The notes under the pieces were generated by a model, which ran no database searches, was not told where the DNA came from, and saw only the letters and a program-made list of their open reading frames with translations. Shown here piece after piece: positions 52,318 to 61,545 of a stretch of DNA of 64,000 nucleotides. Made by a program: the position numbers and the translations under genes. The stretch covers positions 896,001-960,000 of the forward strand of contig CAVRCF010000001.1 of NCBI GenBank assembly GCA_963719505.1, read 5' to 3'. The stretch is from Halobacteriovoraceae bacterium. GTDB lineage: Bacteria; Bdellovibrionota; Bacteriovoracia; Bacteriovoracales; Bacteriovoracaceae. How positions within the stretch are numbered: position 1 is the stretch's first letter; every line of letters begins with the position of its first letter.

Positions 52318-55300
52318 AAACTGTCCTTCTTTATGACATAGAACTAGATAAAATGGTTGTGAAGACTCTAGAGTCTTTTGGCCTTACTTTAACGACTCAG
52401 ACAGATGATCCCAATTATATTATTTACTCAGGTTCTGAAAAAATTGATGAGATTGAGCAAACATACGACTTGAGTCAAGGTGAAATAAAACTAATTCATA
52501 TTGGAGAAGTCAATCATAAGGACAAGTTCTTTATGAACGGTGGCTCTTTGATTATATCAGAAGATAAATTGGATAAAGAAGAATCGTTCAACATTCTTGA
52601 ACAATTCTTCAGTGGTGATAATGCTCTAAGACTAGCTCAAAGGACTTCATTTGAGCCTGAACAAGAGCCAATAATTATTACGAATCATCTTCAAACAGGT
52701 TTGTCTTTTGACACGATCGTCACCTCAGCTTTTGATCATGATTTTGATCCCTTACTAGTGAGGGGATATCTCGATCACACGATTGGCTTTTTTGCCCACC
52801 TTGTTCAAAGTGGGCTTGGTGCAGTTCCATTTGAGCTTGAGTGGTGCTTTAAGGATAATATTTTTGTTTTAAATACTTACCTCAAGGTTAGAAATTTCTC
52901 AAAAGAGTTTATCGTAGATAGTCTTTCTGAAGTTGGTGGTTCAAAACCTTTAAATTACCTTCTCTCAGTGGCTTCAAAAAGCTGTGAACATCTAGATATA
53001 TCCTATTTTGAAAAAAGCGATAAACTGTGCTTTACAGCTTATTGGGATAGATCTGCTCCCTCCTTTTTGCCATCGATCTCAGTGAAAAATATTTACTCAG
53101 TAGTACAGAAAAAAAATATTTTGGCCAAAAAGATGAAAACTCTTGAGGATCAATTGGCATCCTCTGAAAAAAGTTTTGCCACTCAAGAAAACTTAAAAAA
53201 GAAAGAAATACCAAACGGCTTTCTTATAAAAGCTCAGTTTGAGAGTAAAGAGTTAATTGAAAACCCAGACAAGACAAAGAATATCCTTGAGACACTGGTC
53301 AAAGAAACTGTTGGGGCAGGTGAATCCGTAGGAGAACTAACAGAGAAGAGATTAAAACAAATAATAGACGCAATGGATTCAAAAGACAAAATAGAGGGGC
53401 TTTCTGAAAGTGGTCTCCTAGAATTAAAAAATGCTGTAAAAAGCTCAAGATCTACTGAAGCCCTTCAAAAAGAAGTCGCTACAGCATCAGTGGATGATGA
53501 TGAAGATGTCTCTACAGTTGTTAGCGAAAGACTTGTTGAGGAAGTTACTTCTCGAGCTTCGAAAAATCTCAGTAAAGATAAGGTTAAAGCACTCCTTGAA
53601 GACGAGACATCCACAGTCTTGAAGGGGCAAAAAGAAAAAGAAGAATTCAAGCGAGTCATAAGGAGCGAGAAAGAAAAGCCAGAAACGATAAATCGCATTA
53701 AGGGTGAGTTTGCAGATCTAGGAGATAACTTTAAAACTGTTATTCGCTCTTCTTCTGCTGAAGAGAGTAAAAAAGGTCTCTTTCGAAACCTAATCGATTC
53801 AAAGGTCTCAGCACTATCGTCAAAGCTTCCTGGTCTTGACCAAGGAGGACTAGATAAATTTGTTGAATCGATCCTTCCTAGAGAATTAGAACTTGGCTTA
53901 GAAGAATTTGCACTTGGAAAAGGTAAAGATCTTAGTGATCTCAGTGATGACGAAATTAATGAGTTTCAGGATCAAAAGATTCCTAATATCATCTCGAATC
54001 TTTTAGAAAGTGAGTCATTACAAGAAGAATATAGTGAATCCATAGAGACAAATGAGCCATGGGATATTGACTTCAAGTTCAGAGACAAACTGCGGGAAAA
54101 ATTCATAGATTCAAATAGCATAGACGACTTAGAAGACGAAGAATTTCTAGCGGTTGTCAAATCAACACTAGAGGACTCTATTGCCTCGGATATCGTAAAA
54201 ATCGATTCAGAGAATCATAGTCAACAGGACAAAGAAAAAATGCTTTCTAAAGTCCTTGGAGGCTTCGTTACTGATAAAGAGGAAGTACAAAGAATTACAA
54301 GTAGCTCTATTGATTCAGCACAAGAGATAAGAAATGAAATCATTCATCAGTCGTTCAAGGAGTCACAGGACTCTTTGCCAACTGAAACCTCTAGTCCTGT
54401 CGAAAAAGAGCTCTTTAATAGTTTAAAAGCTGAAAAAGCTTTGAGAAAGAAAATTGAAAATGAATTGGCGGTGGCCAAAGGACAAGTTGAGGCTTTTAAA
54501 AATACAGCAAAGAGAATTGAAGAGACTCAAAGAAAAGTCGCTGAAACGATTGTTAAAGATCAAAGCGATTTAACAGAAGATAATCAAAACCCTGAAGATA
54601 AAGTGAAGATGCTAGAACTTGAATCAAGGCAAAAGGATGCTCTTTTTGGTACAGAGATAGCTAAGTTAGAAAGAACAATCAAAGGCAAAGAGATTATTCT
54701 AGAAAAAACCAAAGCGGCATTTGAGACGAGATTGCAAAGCTTTGCTGAAGAAAATAAAGAATTAAAACAGGCAGTTCAAAAGCTTGAAGAGAATGGATCG
54801 AAAGAGGTGGTAAGTTCTCTCAAGCAGCAACTTATAAGTCTGAAAAAAGAGAATGACCTTCTTGCTAAGAGTTCATCTTTAGTTAAAGAGAGGCTTGATG
54901 CCGTTTCTAAAGGTCAGGAGTCCCAGGCACGCGTTGATCGTGTCGATGATATTATTGAAGAAAATAAAAAAATGAAAAATATAAACACTGAGCTCTACAA
55001 TAAATCTCAGGTTTTAGAAAAAGATAAAAAAGCTCTTGAGTCACGCTTGGCTTCCTTAGAGCTTCGAGAGAGTAATTTAAGAGAAGAGGCCATTAAAGCA
55101 AAGCAAAGAAGTATTGATGCAGAAGCAGAGATGAGACTTTTTAAGCAAACCGAATCGAGTAGAATGAATGATGCAGTTGCTGCTCAAGCGAAGGATCACG
55201 ATTCGATGATTTCTAAAGAATATAACGCCTTAAAATCTCAAAATTTGCAATTGCAAAAGAAGATCAAGGATTTAACCGACAGAGCGACTGGCGGAGGGGC

Positions 55301-55544
55301 CGGATCAAATGGAAAACCGAACTTATCAGCTAAAGAGAGGCATCTTGAGAAAGATAAGAAGAGACTTCAGACAGAGCTATCAAAGAACAGAGCAGACCTG
55401 GATGATGCTAAAAAAGTGATGATGAAGTTTAAAGGTGAAAATATTAAGATGAAGAACGAGCTTGAAAAAGCAAAAAGAGATAACGATAGGATGGAGCGGA
55501 AGCTTAGAAGCTTAGCATCAAAAACAGACAAAAAAGCCGCTTAA
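52314..55544 (+). CDS. Large hypothetical protein with long C-terminal coiled coil
   Basis: 1076 aa, heptad E/K/L-rich C-terminal third, ends KKAA; overlaps the upstream stop. Confidence 0.8.
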   Translation: MKTVLLYDIELDKMVVKTLESFGLTLTTQTDDPNYIIYSGSEKIDEIEQTYDLSQGEIKLIHIGEVNHKDKFFMNGGSLIISEDKLDKEESFNILEQFFSGDNALRLAQRTSFEPEQEPIIITNHLQTGLSFDTIVTSAFDHDFDPLLVRGYLDHTIGFFAHLVQSGLGAVPFELEWCFKDNIFVLNTYLKVRNFSKEFIVDSLSEVGGSKPLNYLLSVASKSCEHLDISYFEKSDKLCFTAYWDRSAPSFLPSISVKNIYSVVQKKNILAKKMKTLEDQLASSEKSFATQENLKKKEIPNGFLIKAQFESKELIENPDKTKNILETLVKETVGAGESVGELTEKRLKQIIDAMDSKDKIEGLSESGLLELKNAVKSSRSTEALQKEVATASVDDDEDVSTVVSERLVEEVTSRASKNLSKDKVKALLEDETSTVLKGQKEKEEFKRVIRSEKEKPETINRIKGEFADLGDNFKTVIRSSSAEESKKGLFRNLIDSKVSALSSKLPGLDQGGLDKFVESILPRELELGLEEFALGKGKDLSDLSDDEINEFQDQKIPNIISNLLESESLQEEYSESIETNEPWDIDFKFRDKLREKFIDSNSIDDLEDEEFLAVVKSTLEDSIASDIVKIDSENHSQQDKEKMLSKVLGGFVTDKEEVQRITSSSIDSAQEIRNEIIHQSFKESQDSLPTETSSPVEKELFNSLKAEKALRKKIENELAVAKGQVEAFKNTAKRIEETQRKVAETIVKDQSDLTEDNQNPEDKVKMLELESRQKDALFGTEIAKLERTIKGKEIILEKTKAAFETRLQSFAEENKELKQAVQKLEENGSKEVVSSLKQQLISLKKENDLLAKSSSLVKERLDAVSKGQESQARVDRVDDIIEENKKMKNINTELYNKSQVLEKDKKALESRLASLELRESNLREEAIKAKQRSIDAEAEMRLFKQTESSRMNDAVAAQAKDHDSMISKEYNALKSQNLQLQKKIKDLTDRATGGGAGSNGKPNLSAKERHLEKDKKRLQTELSKNRADLDDAKKVMMKFKGENIKMKNELEKAKRDNDRMERKLRSLASKTDKKAA

Positions 55545-55549
55545 TTCCC

Positions 55550-55578
55550 TTGTCAAAATGACCAAAAATATTTATAAC
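55550..55578 (+). promoter_or_regulatory. Sigma70-type promoter of tRNA-Leu
   Basis: TTGTCA-17 nt-TATAAC. Confidence 0.65.
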
Positions 55579-55602
55579 TTATAACTACTCTTTCGAATTT
55601 AT

Positions 55603-55687
55603 GCTCGAGTGGTGGAATTGGTAGACACGCCAGACTTAGGATCTGGTGCCGTAAGGTGTGAAGGTTCAAGTCCTTTCTCGAGCACCA
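55603..55687 (+). tRNA. tRNA-Leu(TAG)
   Basis: Acceptor stem GCTCGAG/CTCGAGC, anticodon arm CCAGA-CTTAGGA-TCTGG, long variable arm, GGTTCAAGTCC, encoded CCA. Confidence 0.97.
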
Positions 55688-55703
55688 TAAATTTAAGAAA
55701 GAT

Positions 55704-55737
55704 AAAAAGCCCTGTCTAACCCACAGGGCTTTTTTTT
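55704..55737. terminator. Bidirectional terminator
   Basis: AAAAAGCCCTGT...ACAGGGCTTTTT between convergent genes. Confidence 0.85.
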
Positions 55738-55748
55738 CCCTTTATTTT

Positions 55749-56159
55749 CTACAAAGATAATGAACAAGTCCCTTCAGTTCCTTCCTCATTGTTGAGAGAT
55801 GCTTTAAACTCGATTAAGCCGTCTACCACTGCAACAGGCTCTTTCAGGTCAATCGAAACTACGTACTTCATGTACTCAATTCCATCAGACTCATCATAGT
55901 TAAAAAATGAAACTGATAAAGTTTGTGAAGGAGTCTCATCCACAACTGCGAGGTCATCACCAGGTCCAGCCTCTACTGAACCATATTTGTAGCTCGTTTT
56001 GTAGACTGTAGATTCACCGGCACTAATTGTCGCTGTGAGAGCAGCTGATGGAGTAAAGTTAATCTCTGATACTCCAAACTGACAGTGACTTAATTGAACT
56101 TCGGTTGCAAAAGCTGTAATTGCTCCCATTGAAAGTAAAACACATAATAATTTTTTCAT
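55749..56159 (-). CDS. Small secreted hypothetical protein
   Basis: GAGGAG RBS, MKKLL..AFA signal peptide. Confidence 0.8.
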   Translation of the reverse strand: MKKLLCVLLSMGAITAFATEVQLSHCQFGVSEINFTPSAALTATISAGESTVYKTSYKYGSVEAGPGDDLAVVDETPSQTLSVSFFNYDESDGIEYMKYVVSIDLKEPVAVVDGLIEFKASLNNEEGTEGTCSLSL

Positions 56160-56640
56160 TTGTTCTCCTCGAGCTTTAAGCCCATTTAAGAAATTTATTT
56201 TCCTATTACACTTGTATGTTTAGCAGTGCGTAAAGCGGAGAAAAAGTTGTGACAATCTATGCATTTGGAAAATTTTATTTGTTAAGATAAAAATAATGAG
56301 AATAGGTGAGATCGGCTAGTTTTAGAACGATTAACAAATTGTCAGTGTTTGGTGATATTTATTTACTTTTTATGCCGTATTGTATTAACGCAAGCAACTT
56401 GAAGTTAACCTTATCAATTATCGAAAATCGATTAGTGTAAGTACTTGCTCTGTGCGAGGAGATGATAGTTATTTTATATGAGCCAATGACTTTGGTATGC
56501 GTTTTAATATCTATTGGTTATTGGTATAAGCATTGGAAGTTAATCGTAAAAATAAAGTCTTTTATGAGTCATGGTTGTTAATTCCAGTCTAGGCTTGATA
56601 AAAAAAAGCTATCGAGCCTAGAAGGCAACATCTTACTCAA

Positions 56641-57125
56641 CTAATTTTGATAGGCATTTTGCGTTGCAGACTTTCTTTTTTGGCTGTCTGTTTCGTCACC
56701 ACATTTATCAATACACTCACCCTTTAGATTTGTTCGGTGGTCTACAATACTCAACTTATCCACTTCTTTTGTCGAGCAAACATATGAAAAATCGGAGCTA
56801 TCATTTGTAAAAATGGGGCTTGATTTAGATATCGACAATGTTAATTGTTTATCCTTAAGGCTTTTTATTTTGAGCTTATATTTTTCACTTTGCTTAAAAT
56901 AGTAGTCTTCTGAAGAAATTTTAACAGACTTGATTCCATTGGTTGACTTTACAATTACTTCTTGGGGAGCACCCGCAAGTAAATCCATCGTATAAGACCT
57001 TAGACTATCAAAACTTTTAACCCTACGAGATTGAAGATTCGAGACGTTTTACTTTTGCACTCCAATTCAAAATTTTGTGAGAACGCTGAAAGCGATATTA
57101 AACCAATAATTATAATTTTATACAT
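56641..57125 (-). pseudogene. Frameshifted secreted hypothetical protein
   Basis: ATG at 57125 gives signal peptide MYKIIIIGLISLSAFSQ; the frame shifts near 57030-57050 into ORF 56641-56988; total 485 nt is not a multiple of 3. Confidence 0.65.
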
Positions 57126-57181
57126 TTATTAATCCCTATCCTAAATTAATTACTCTTTATTGGATTGGACCCCGTTTTAGG

Positions 57182-57985
57182 CTACCTTTGATTTTCTAAT
57201 AAATACTCTTTCGGGCTCAACATGCCAAGCCCTGAATGAGGTGCTATTTCATTATAATCTTTCATCCAACCCTTGATCATCTTCAGCACTACATCCGCAC
57301 TGTAACAGTCGCTGTTGTAGACATAGTCTCGCTTGATCGTTTTCACAAAAGCTTCACTCATTCCATTTGATTCTGGGCTATAGGCAGCTGTATAACAGCT
57401 TTTTAAACCAAGATGGTTCGCCAAATTCTTAACAGAATGGGCTCGATAAATACTTCCTCTATCCGATAAAAATTCTATCGTTCTCAAAGTTTTGTAATCT
57501 TTAAACCTGTATTTAACTGCTTTCAGCATCAGACTCTCAATATCAGTCGCAAGCAGTGGTGATTTTGAAGCTACAAATGAGAGAACCTCTCTGTCACATG
57601 TATCTAAAACAAAAGAAACAAAAACTTTTTCTCCGTTAAAGCACTTAATCTCAAAACAATCACTGCACCACCTTGTATTTGAATGCAGAGTCATTACTTT
57701 GCCAGTTGGAGTGTGAGTTCTCGTCACAGCAGACTTTGGAAGAAGAAGTCCATTCACTCTCATGATCCTGTAGATACGCTTCTTATTAAGCCTTGGATGC
57801 CCCAGAGTAAGTCGAAGACGATTGACCATGGCCGTAACTCGTTTATAACCATAAGTTGGTCGTAAGGAAACAATTGACCTAATCTGGCTTAGTATTTCTC
57901 CATCTTCAGCTTTAAAGTAAAATTTCTTTGAGCTAGTCGTTTTATAAATTGATTTTGAGTGGACTCCAAACATTTCACAGATCAT
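57182..57985 (-). CDS. IS3-family transposase OrfB (DDE)
   Basis: PTYGYKR, RWCSDCFEI, LDTCDRE, SDRGS, SPESNGMSEAF, PHSGL. Confidence 0.95.
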   Translation of the reverse strand: MICEMFGVHSKSIYKTTSSKKFYFKAEDGEILSQIRSIVSLRPTYGYKRVTAMVNRLRLTLGHPRLNKKRIYRIMRVNGLLLPKSAVTRTHTPTGKVMTLHSNTRWCSDCFEIKCFNGEKVFVSFVLDTCDREVLSFVASKSPLLATDIESLMLKAVKYRFKDYKTLRTIEFLSDRGSIYRAHSVKNLANHLGLKSCYTAAYSPESNGMSEAFVKTIKRDYVYNSDCYSADVVLKMIKGWMKDYNEIAPHSGLGMLSPKEYLLENQR

Positions 57986-58347
57986 TTTTTTTGATCCTTT
58001 CTTTTTGAGTTTGATGAATTCTTTTGCTCGATCAACTCCTGTTCCAAGATCTTTTTTTTATAAAAATCGATGATATCCTGAGCGACCTCTTCTCTGAGGG
58101 TAGATTCACCAACTTTCTTGAGTAGTTTATCTTTGTCTTTTTTAAGTTGATCAATTTGTTTCAAAAGGTCAGCAACATCGATATTAGTATCAGGTTTGTC
58201 TTTCATAGCTCTTTTCCATTGGTATAAAGTTACTGCATTTATATCATGGACTCGTGCTAAAACTGAAATTGGAACACCTTTTGAACGATGTTCCTGTAGA
58301 ATTTGGATTTTTTGATCTTCGGTAAATCTTCTTCTTTTTCTTTCCAT
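57982..58347 (-). CDS. IS3-family transposase OrfA (HTH)
   Basis: RRRFTEDQK..., LAR.HDI..TLYQWK; A8 slippery run at 57985-57992 at the orfA/orfB overlap. Confidence 0.92.
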   Translation of the reverse strand: MERKRRRFTEDQKIQILQEHRSKGVPISVLARVHDINAVTLYQWKRAMKDKPDTNIDVADLLKQIDQLKKDKDKLLKKVGESTLREEVAQDIIDFYKKKILEQELIEQKNSSNSKRKDQKK

Positions 58348-58466
58348 TTTTTCCTCCGTTAAGAGGTAGCCGTCAAAAGGGGGTCACGAACATTATCTAT
58401 TCGTCAAACTTTAAAAAAAACTTTAAAATTTTCTTTAATATTAATGAATATTTATTTGATGCTCAC

Positions 58467-58916
58467 TTATTGAGCTATTCCGATAGTGCGGTAATCACAT
58501 TCAAATGTTAAAGGTGTGACCATTGCTTCACCAGATATACTAAAGCTCTTTGAATAGTCGCTATAGCTATCAGTTTTTATATAGTCCAGTCTCAGCGTCG
58601 GATATTCACTGATGCCTTCAAGAGAAACTGGTCGAACCATTGTTTTCTTATACCTCTAGAAATATGTACAACCTTCCCGAGCTTTGGTTTGATAAAATTA
58701 AACCAATCAATTATGATCTTCTTATCGCAGTCTTCGTAAAAAGTTACTGTAATGCCCGATAAGTAATTTGTAACTTCGAGCTCCACTACCAGTTAAATGC
58801 GAATATACTTCGATCGTTTTACCTTGATAATCAGGAGAAGTACATTTCATCTCATCGGCATAAGATGAAATTGAAAGCGCGAAAGTCAATAAAATCAATT
58901 GTTTTGTATTTTTCAT
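58467..58916 (-). pseudogene. Secreted hypothetical protein in three frame fragments
   Basis: Signal peptide MKNTKQLILLTFALSISSYA, middle fragment ELEVTNYL..., final fragment ...LDYIKTDSY...GIAQ-stop back in the original frame (450 nt). Confidence 0.55.
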
Positions 58917-59108
58917 TTGTTACCCTTTTTTTTATTAAAATTTTTTAAAAATATTTAGTTAAACTATATAATTATTGATCAGTGCCAGTTTTAATCCTCG
59001 AATTCCTTGTCTATACTTGTGTATATTATGGAGCTTCTTCCTAAAAAGTTTACAATAAGTAACCTTCCACAGATCTGACTCATCAAAAAAGCTACATTAA
59101 AAATATCT

Positions 59109-59145
59109 AAAGTTTATTCAAGAAAATTTCTATTGAATAAACTTT
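59109..59145. terminator. 13-bp perfect inverted repeat downstream of the 59157 gene
   Basis: AAAGTTTATTCAA / TTGAATAAACTTT. Confidence 0.5.
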
Positions 59146-59156
59146 GAGTTTCGCTA

Positions 59157-59582
59157 TTATCTTTTCACTGCAGATATTTTTGACTTGTGCTTCTTGTATT
59201 TCTTGAATTCAATGTCGCGATACATGGTATCATGTACTAATTCACATTTTCCTTTTGCAAATAAGGAATAGTATTCAAATCTAGATTCACGCTGAGAGTT
59301 TTTACAAACAACTAAACTTTTAGAGTTTCTTCTATCTGTAAAAAAATTTCGAGTAATCCCATGACTGATTAATTCGCAAGAGTGAATCATGTCGTCGCTG
59401 TAGTCCTCAAGTTTCTGTTTTATAATTGTTTCGTTTTGTTCGAGGCAGTTAATTATAGCACGAACTTCTACTGACGGTGTGTGTGGCCCCCGTGTGGCTC
59501 TGGGACTTTGTCTAAACCTTGGAACCTGAGCAATAGCTTCTGCACTAAAAGTGAAAAATATTAATAATTGAAGAAAATTCAT
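59157..59582 (-). CDS. Small secreted hypothetical protein
   Basis: AAGGA RBS, MNFLQLLIFFTFSAEAIA signal peptide, four Cys. Confidence 0.65.
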   Translation of the reverse strand: MNFLQLLIFFTFSAEAIAQVPRFRQSPRATRGPHTPSVEVRAIINCLEQNETIIKQKLEDYSDDMIHSCELISHGITRNFFTDRRNSKSLVVCKNSQRESRFEYYSLFAKGKCELVHDTMYRDIEFKKYKKHKSKISAVKR

Positions 59583-59660
59583 TTTAAATCCTTTCGCCCA
59601 TCTAGAGGAGGCATGTAAAAGTTGTCTTGTCTTTATATCTATTAACAAATTAAGTTTTTT

Positions 59661-59987
59661 TTAAAAATTAATACAGCTTCCTTCACCTAAGCGAATAGTT
59701 GTATCATTTAATTCTTGAACTTTAAGTGTACCGTCATTGCGAAAACTTAATTCACCAATTGCTCGACTGCCATTTGAAATTTTATCACAGTGAGCGTTGG
59801 CTTCTGTTGCAATAACTTTCATGATATTATTCTCCTCACTGCTTAATAAAGTTGATGTGATATCTACAACTTTTGGATCTTCTAAAGGTGCAGATAACGT
59901 TTTCACACAGAAAAAGTTACATAAAGTACCCGCGTAAGAAGTTAAACTTCCTAAAACTAAAATTCCTAGCAATAATTTTTTCATCAT
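59661..59987 (-). CDS. Small secreted hypothetical protein
   Basis: AAGGAG RBS, MMKKLLLGILVLGSLTSYA signal peptide. Confidence 0.75.
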   Translation of the reverse strand: MMKKLLLGILVLGSLTSYAGTLCNFFCVKTLSAPLEDPKVVDITSTLLSSEENNIMKVIATEANAHCDKISNGSRAIGELSFRNDGTLKVQELNDTTIRLGEGSCINF

Positions 59988-60247
59988 AAACTCCTTGAAC
60001 ATTACGTCCATTTAAAATTTAGATACAACATAAAGGCCAAGTAAAACACCTATGGACTATTTTTCGTCATAATCCTTCGTTACCAACACAATAGCGGAGA
60101 AAGTAAATTGATTTGAATAAAAATTGTGACATCTTTATAAACGACATAGATGCTCCTTGTTTTAACCTTTATATTAATATTCGGGGCAAAGTAGCCATTC
60201 AGTAATTGGCATGTTGAATTGAAAATATTACTTATTTAAAAATTAAG

Positions 60248-60272
60248 CTTAGACTAAATGGGGTCCAATCTA
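60248..60272 (-). mobile_element. Orphan IS3/IS2-like terminal inverted repeat
   Basis: Reverse complement reads TAGATTGGACCCCATTTAGTCTAAG; 12 of the first 13 nt match the IS end at 57161. Confidence 0.65.
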
Positions 60273-60497
60273 AACTTGAGGTCTATTTAATTTAAATATA
60301 ATTAGAGAGAAGTATTATTCAAGTGTCACAATTTTTTTTTATATCTACTCTCTTCCTAGGCTAGTTTTCGGATAGAAAATATATGCTGACTCCTACATTC
60401 CTTCTATACATAGCTGTTCTGGTACGTGCAGTTTAATGTGTGCGTTCACGGTAATGGAGTAATCAATCGGCTTGCTTAACAAATTAAAGAACTTTTT

Positions 60498-60896
60498 ATG
60501 AAATCCGAGCCTAGCGTTTATAACTATAGAAGTTTTAGGAAATACTTAAATGACTGGATTCTCTATGGGAGAGGTAATCCATACTTTTCCTTGGGAGTTG
60601 TTACAAGGGACATTGAGCTAAGTTCGATAGCGGAATTTTCGAACATTTTAAATGGAAGAAGAACTGTAAGTTCAAGGCTTTTACATAAAGTTATAAATTA
60701 CCTTAACCTCAGTCCTAAAGAATCATCTTTTTTAGAGCTTATAGGCGGGATTGATAGAAATAAAAAAGACATATTTATTTGTGATGTACTTGTAATGTGC
60801 GCTGATTTTCTTGTCTCTGTTGAAAAAGGGAATTTAGAGAGATCGGTTTCTTGTATCTATTGTAATTCTAGTTTTACTAAAACTAAAAAAGATTAA
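60498..60896 (+). CDS. HTH protein resembling the N-terminal part of the TIGR02147 family
   Basis: Y..FR.YL...NPYFSL...RDI...SNILNGRRTVS...L.L...E..F pattern. Confidence 0.6.
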   Translation: MKSEPSVYNYRSFRKYLNDWILYGRGNPYFSLGVVTRDIELSSIAEFSNILNGRRTVSSRLLHKVINYLNLSPKESSFLELIGGIDRNKKDIFICDVLVMCADFLVSVEKGNLERSVSCIYCNSSFTKTKKD

Positions 60897-60949
60897 AGGC
60901 TTTTATATATAAAAGAGATTCCAAGTGGATCGTTTTCGGAGGAAAAGTT

Positions 60950-61360
60950 TTGAAGGTAACTAAGGGCCGCGTTCTATCGGTGTTGCTGGTTGAGGATGAG
61001 TGTGAATTAAGATCTGTTATAGCATTACTTATACATTCACTAGAGATTTTTTCATTCGTTGTTGAGGCACGCGATGGAAAAGAGGCAATACAAAAAATGA
61101 CTAATCAAAAGTTTGATTTAATAATTATAGACTTGAATATGCCGAAGTTAGGTGGATTAGAACTTTCAAGGTATATAAAACAGGATCAGAAATTAGCTGG
61201 CACAAGTATTATCATTATGTCAGGAATGATTTCAGGTAAAGACGTCCAAGAATTGAAAAATATTGGCGTAACATCGATTTTGACTAAGCCTGTAGGACTT
61301 ATAAAGCTAAGAGAAACGATAAGCAAAGCCTTGAAGCCAGCTCTTTTAGCTCAATTTTGA
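60950..61360 (+). CDS. Single-domain response regulator (CheY-like)
   Basis: LLVEDE, DLIIIDLNMPKLGG, MSG, LTKP. Confidence 0.92.
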   Translation: MKVTKGRVLSVLLVEDECELRSVIALLIHSLEIFSFVVEARDGKEAIQKMTNQKFDLIIIDLNMPKLGGLELSRYIKQDQKLAGTSIIIMSGMISGKDVQELKNIGVTSILTKPVGLIKLRETISKALKPALLAQF

Positions 61361-61545
61361 ACTATCCTATATTTAAGGGAGCTAAAAGCATTCTTCAAAT
61401 TACTGATATTACGTATAGATATGTTATATGACTTGAATTTTTTGATCTTAAACCCTTACCAAGAAATGCGTCACAATTTTTGCTCCGCGTTATTATGTAT
61501 TTATTTAAAATTAATAAGACAAACTAACCAAGGGAGAACATTATT

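Larger units (their letters stand above)
57161..58392 (-). mobile_element. IS3-family (IS2-like) insertion sequence, complete
   Basis: Imperfect terminal IRs TGGATTGGACCCCGTTTTAGGCTACCT and TGTTCGTGACCCCCTTTTGACGGCTACCT; TTAT direct repeat at 57157-60 and 58393-96; orfA and orfB. Confidence 0.93.

Noticed and set aside
987-54160. Numerous 60-120 aa ORFs antisense to or nested in long genes
   Set aside because: Shadow ORFs of well-supported genes, with no motifs of their own
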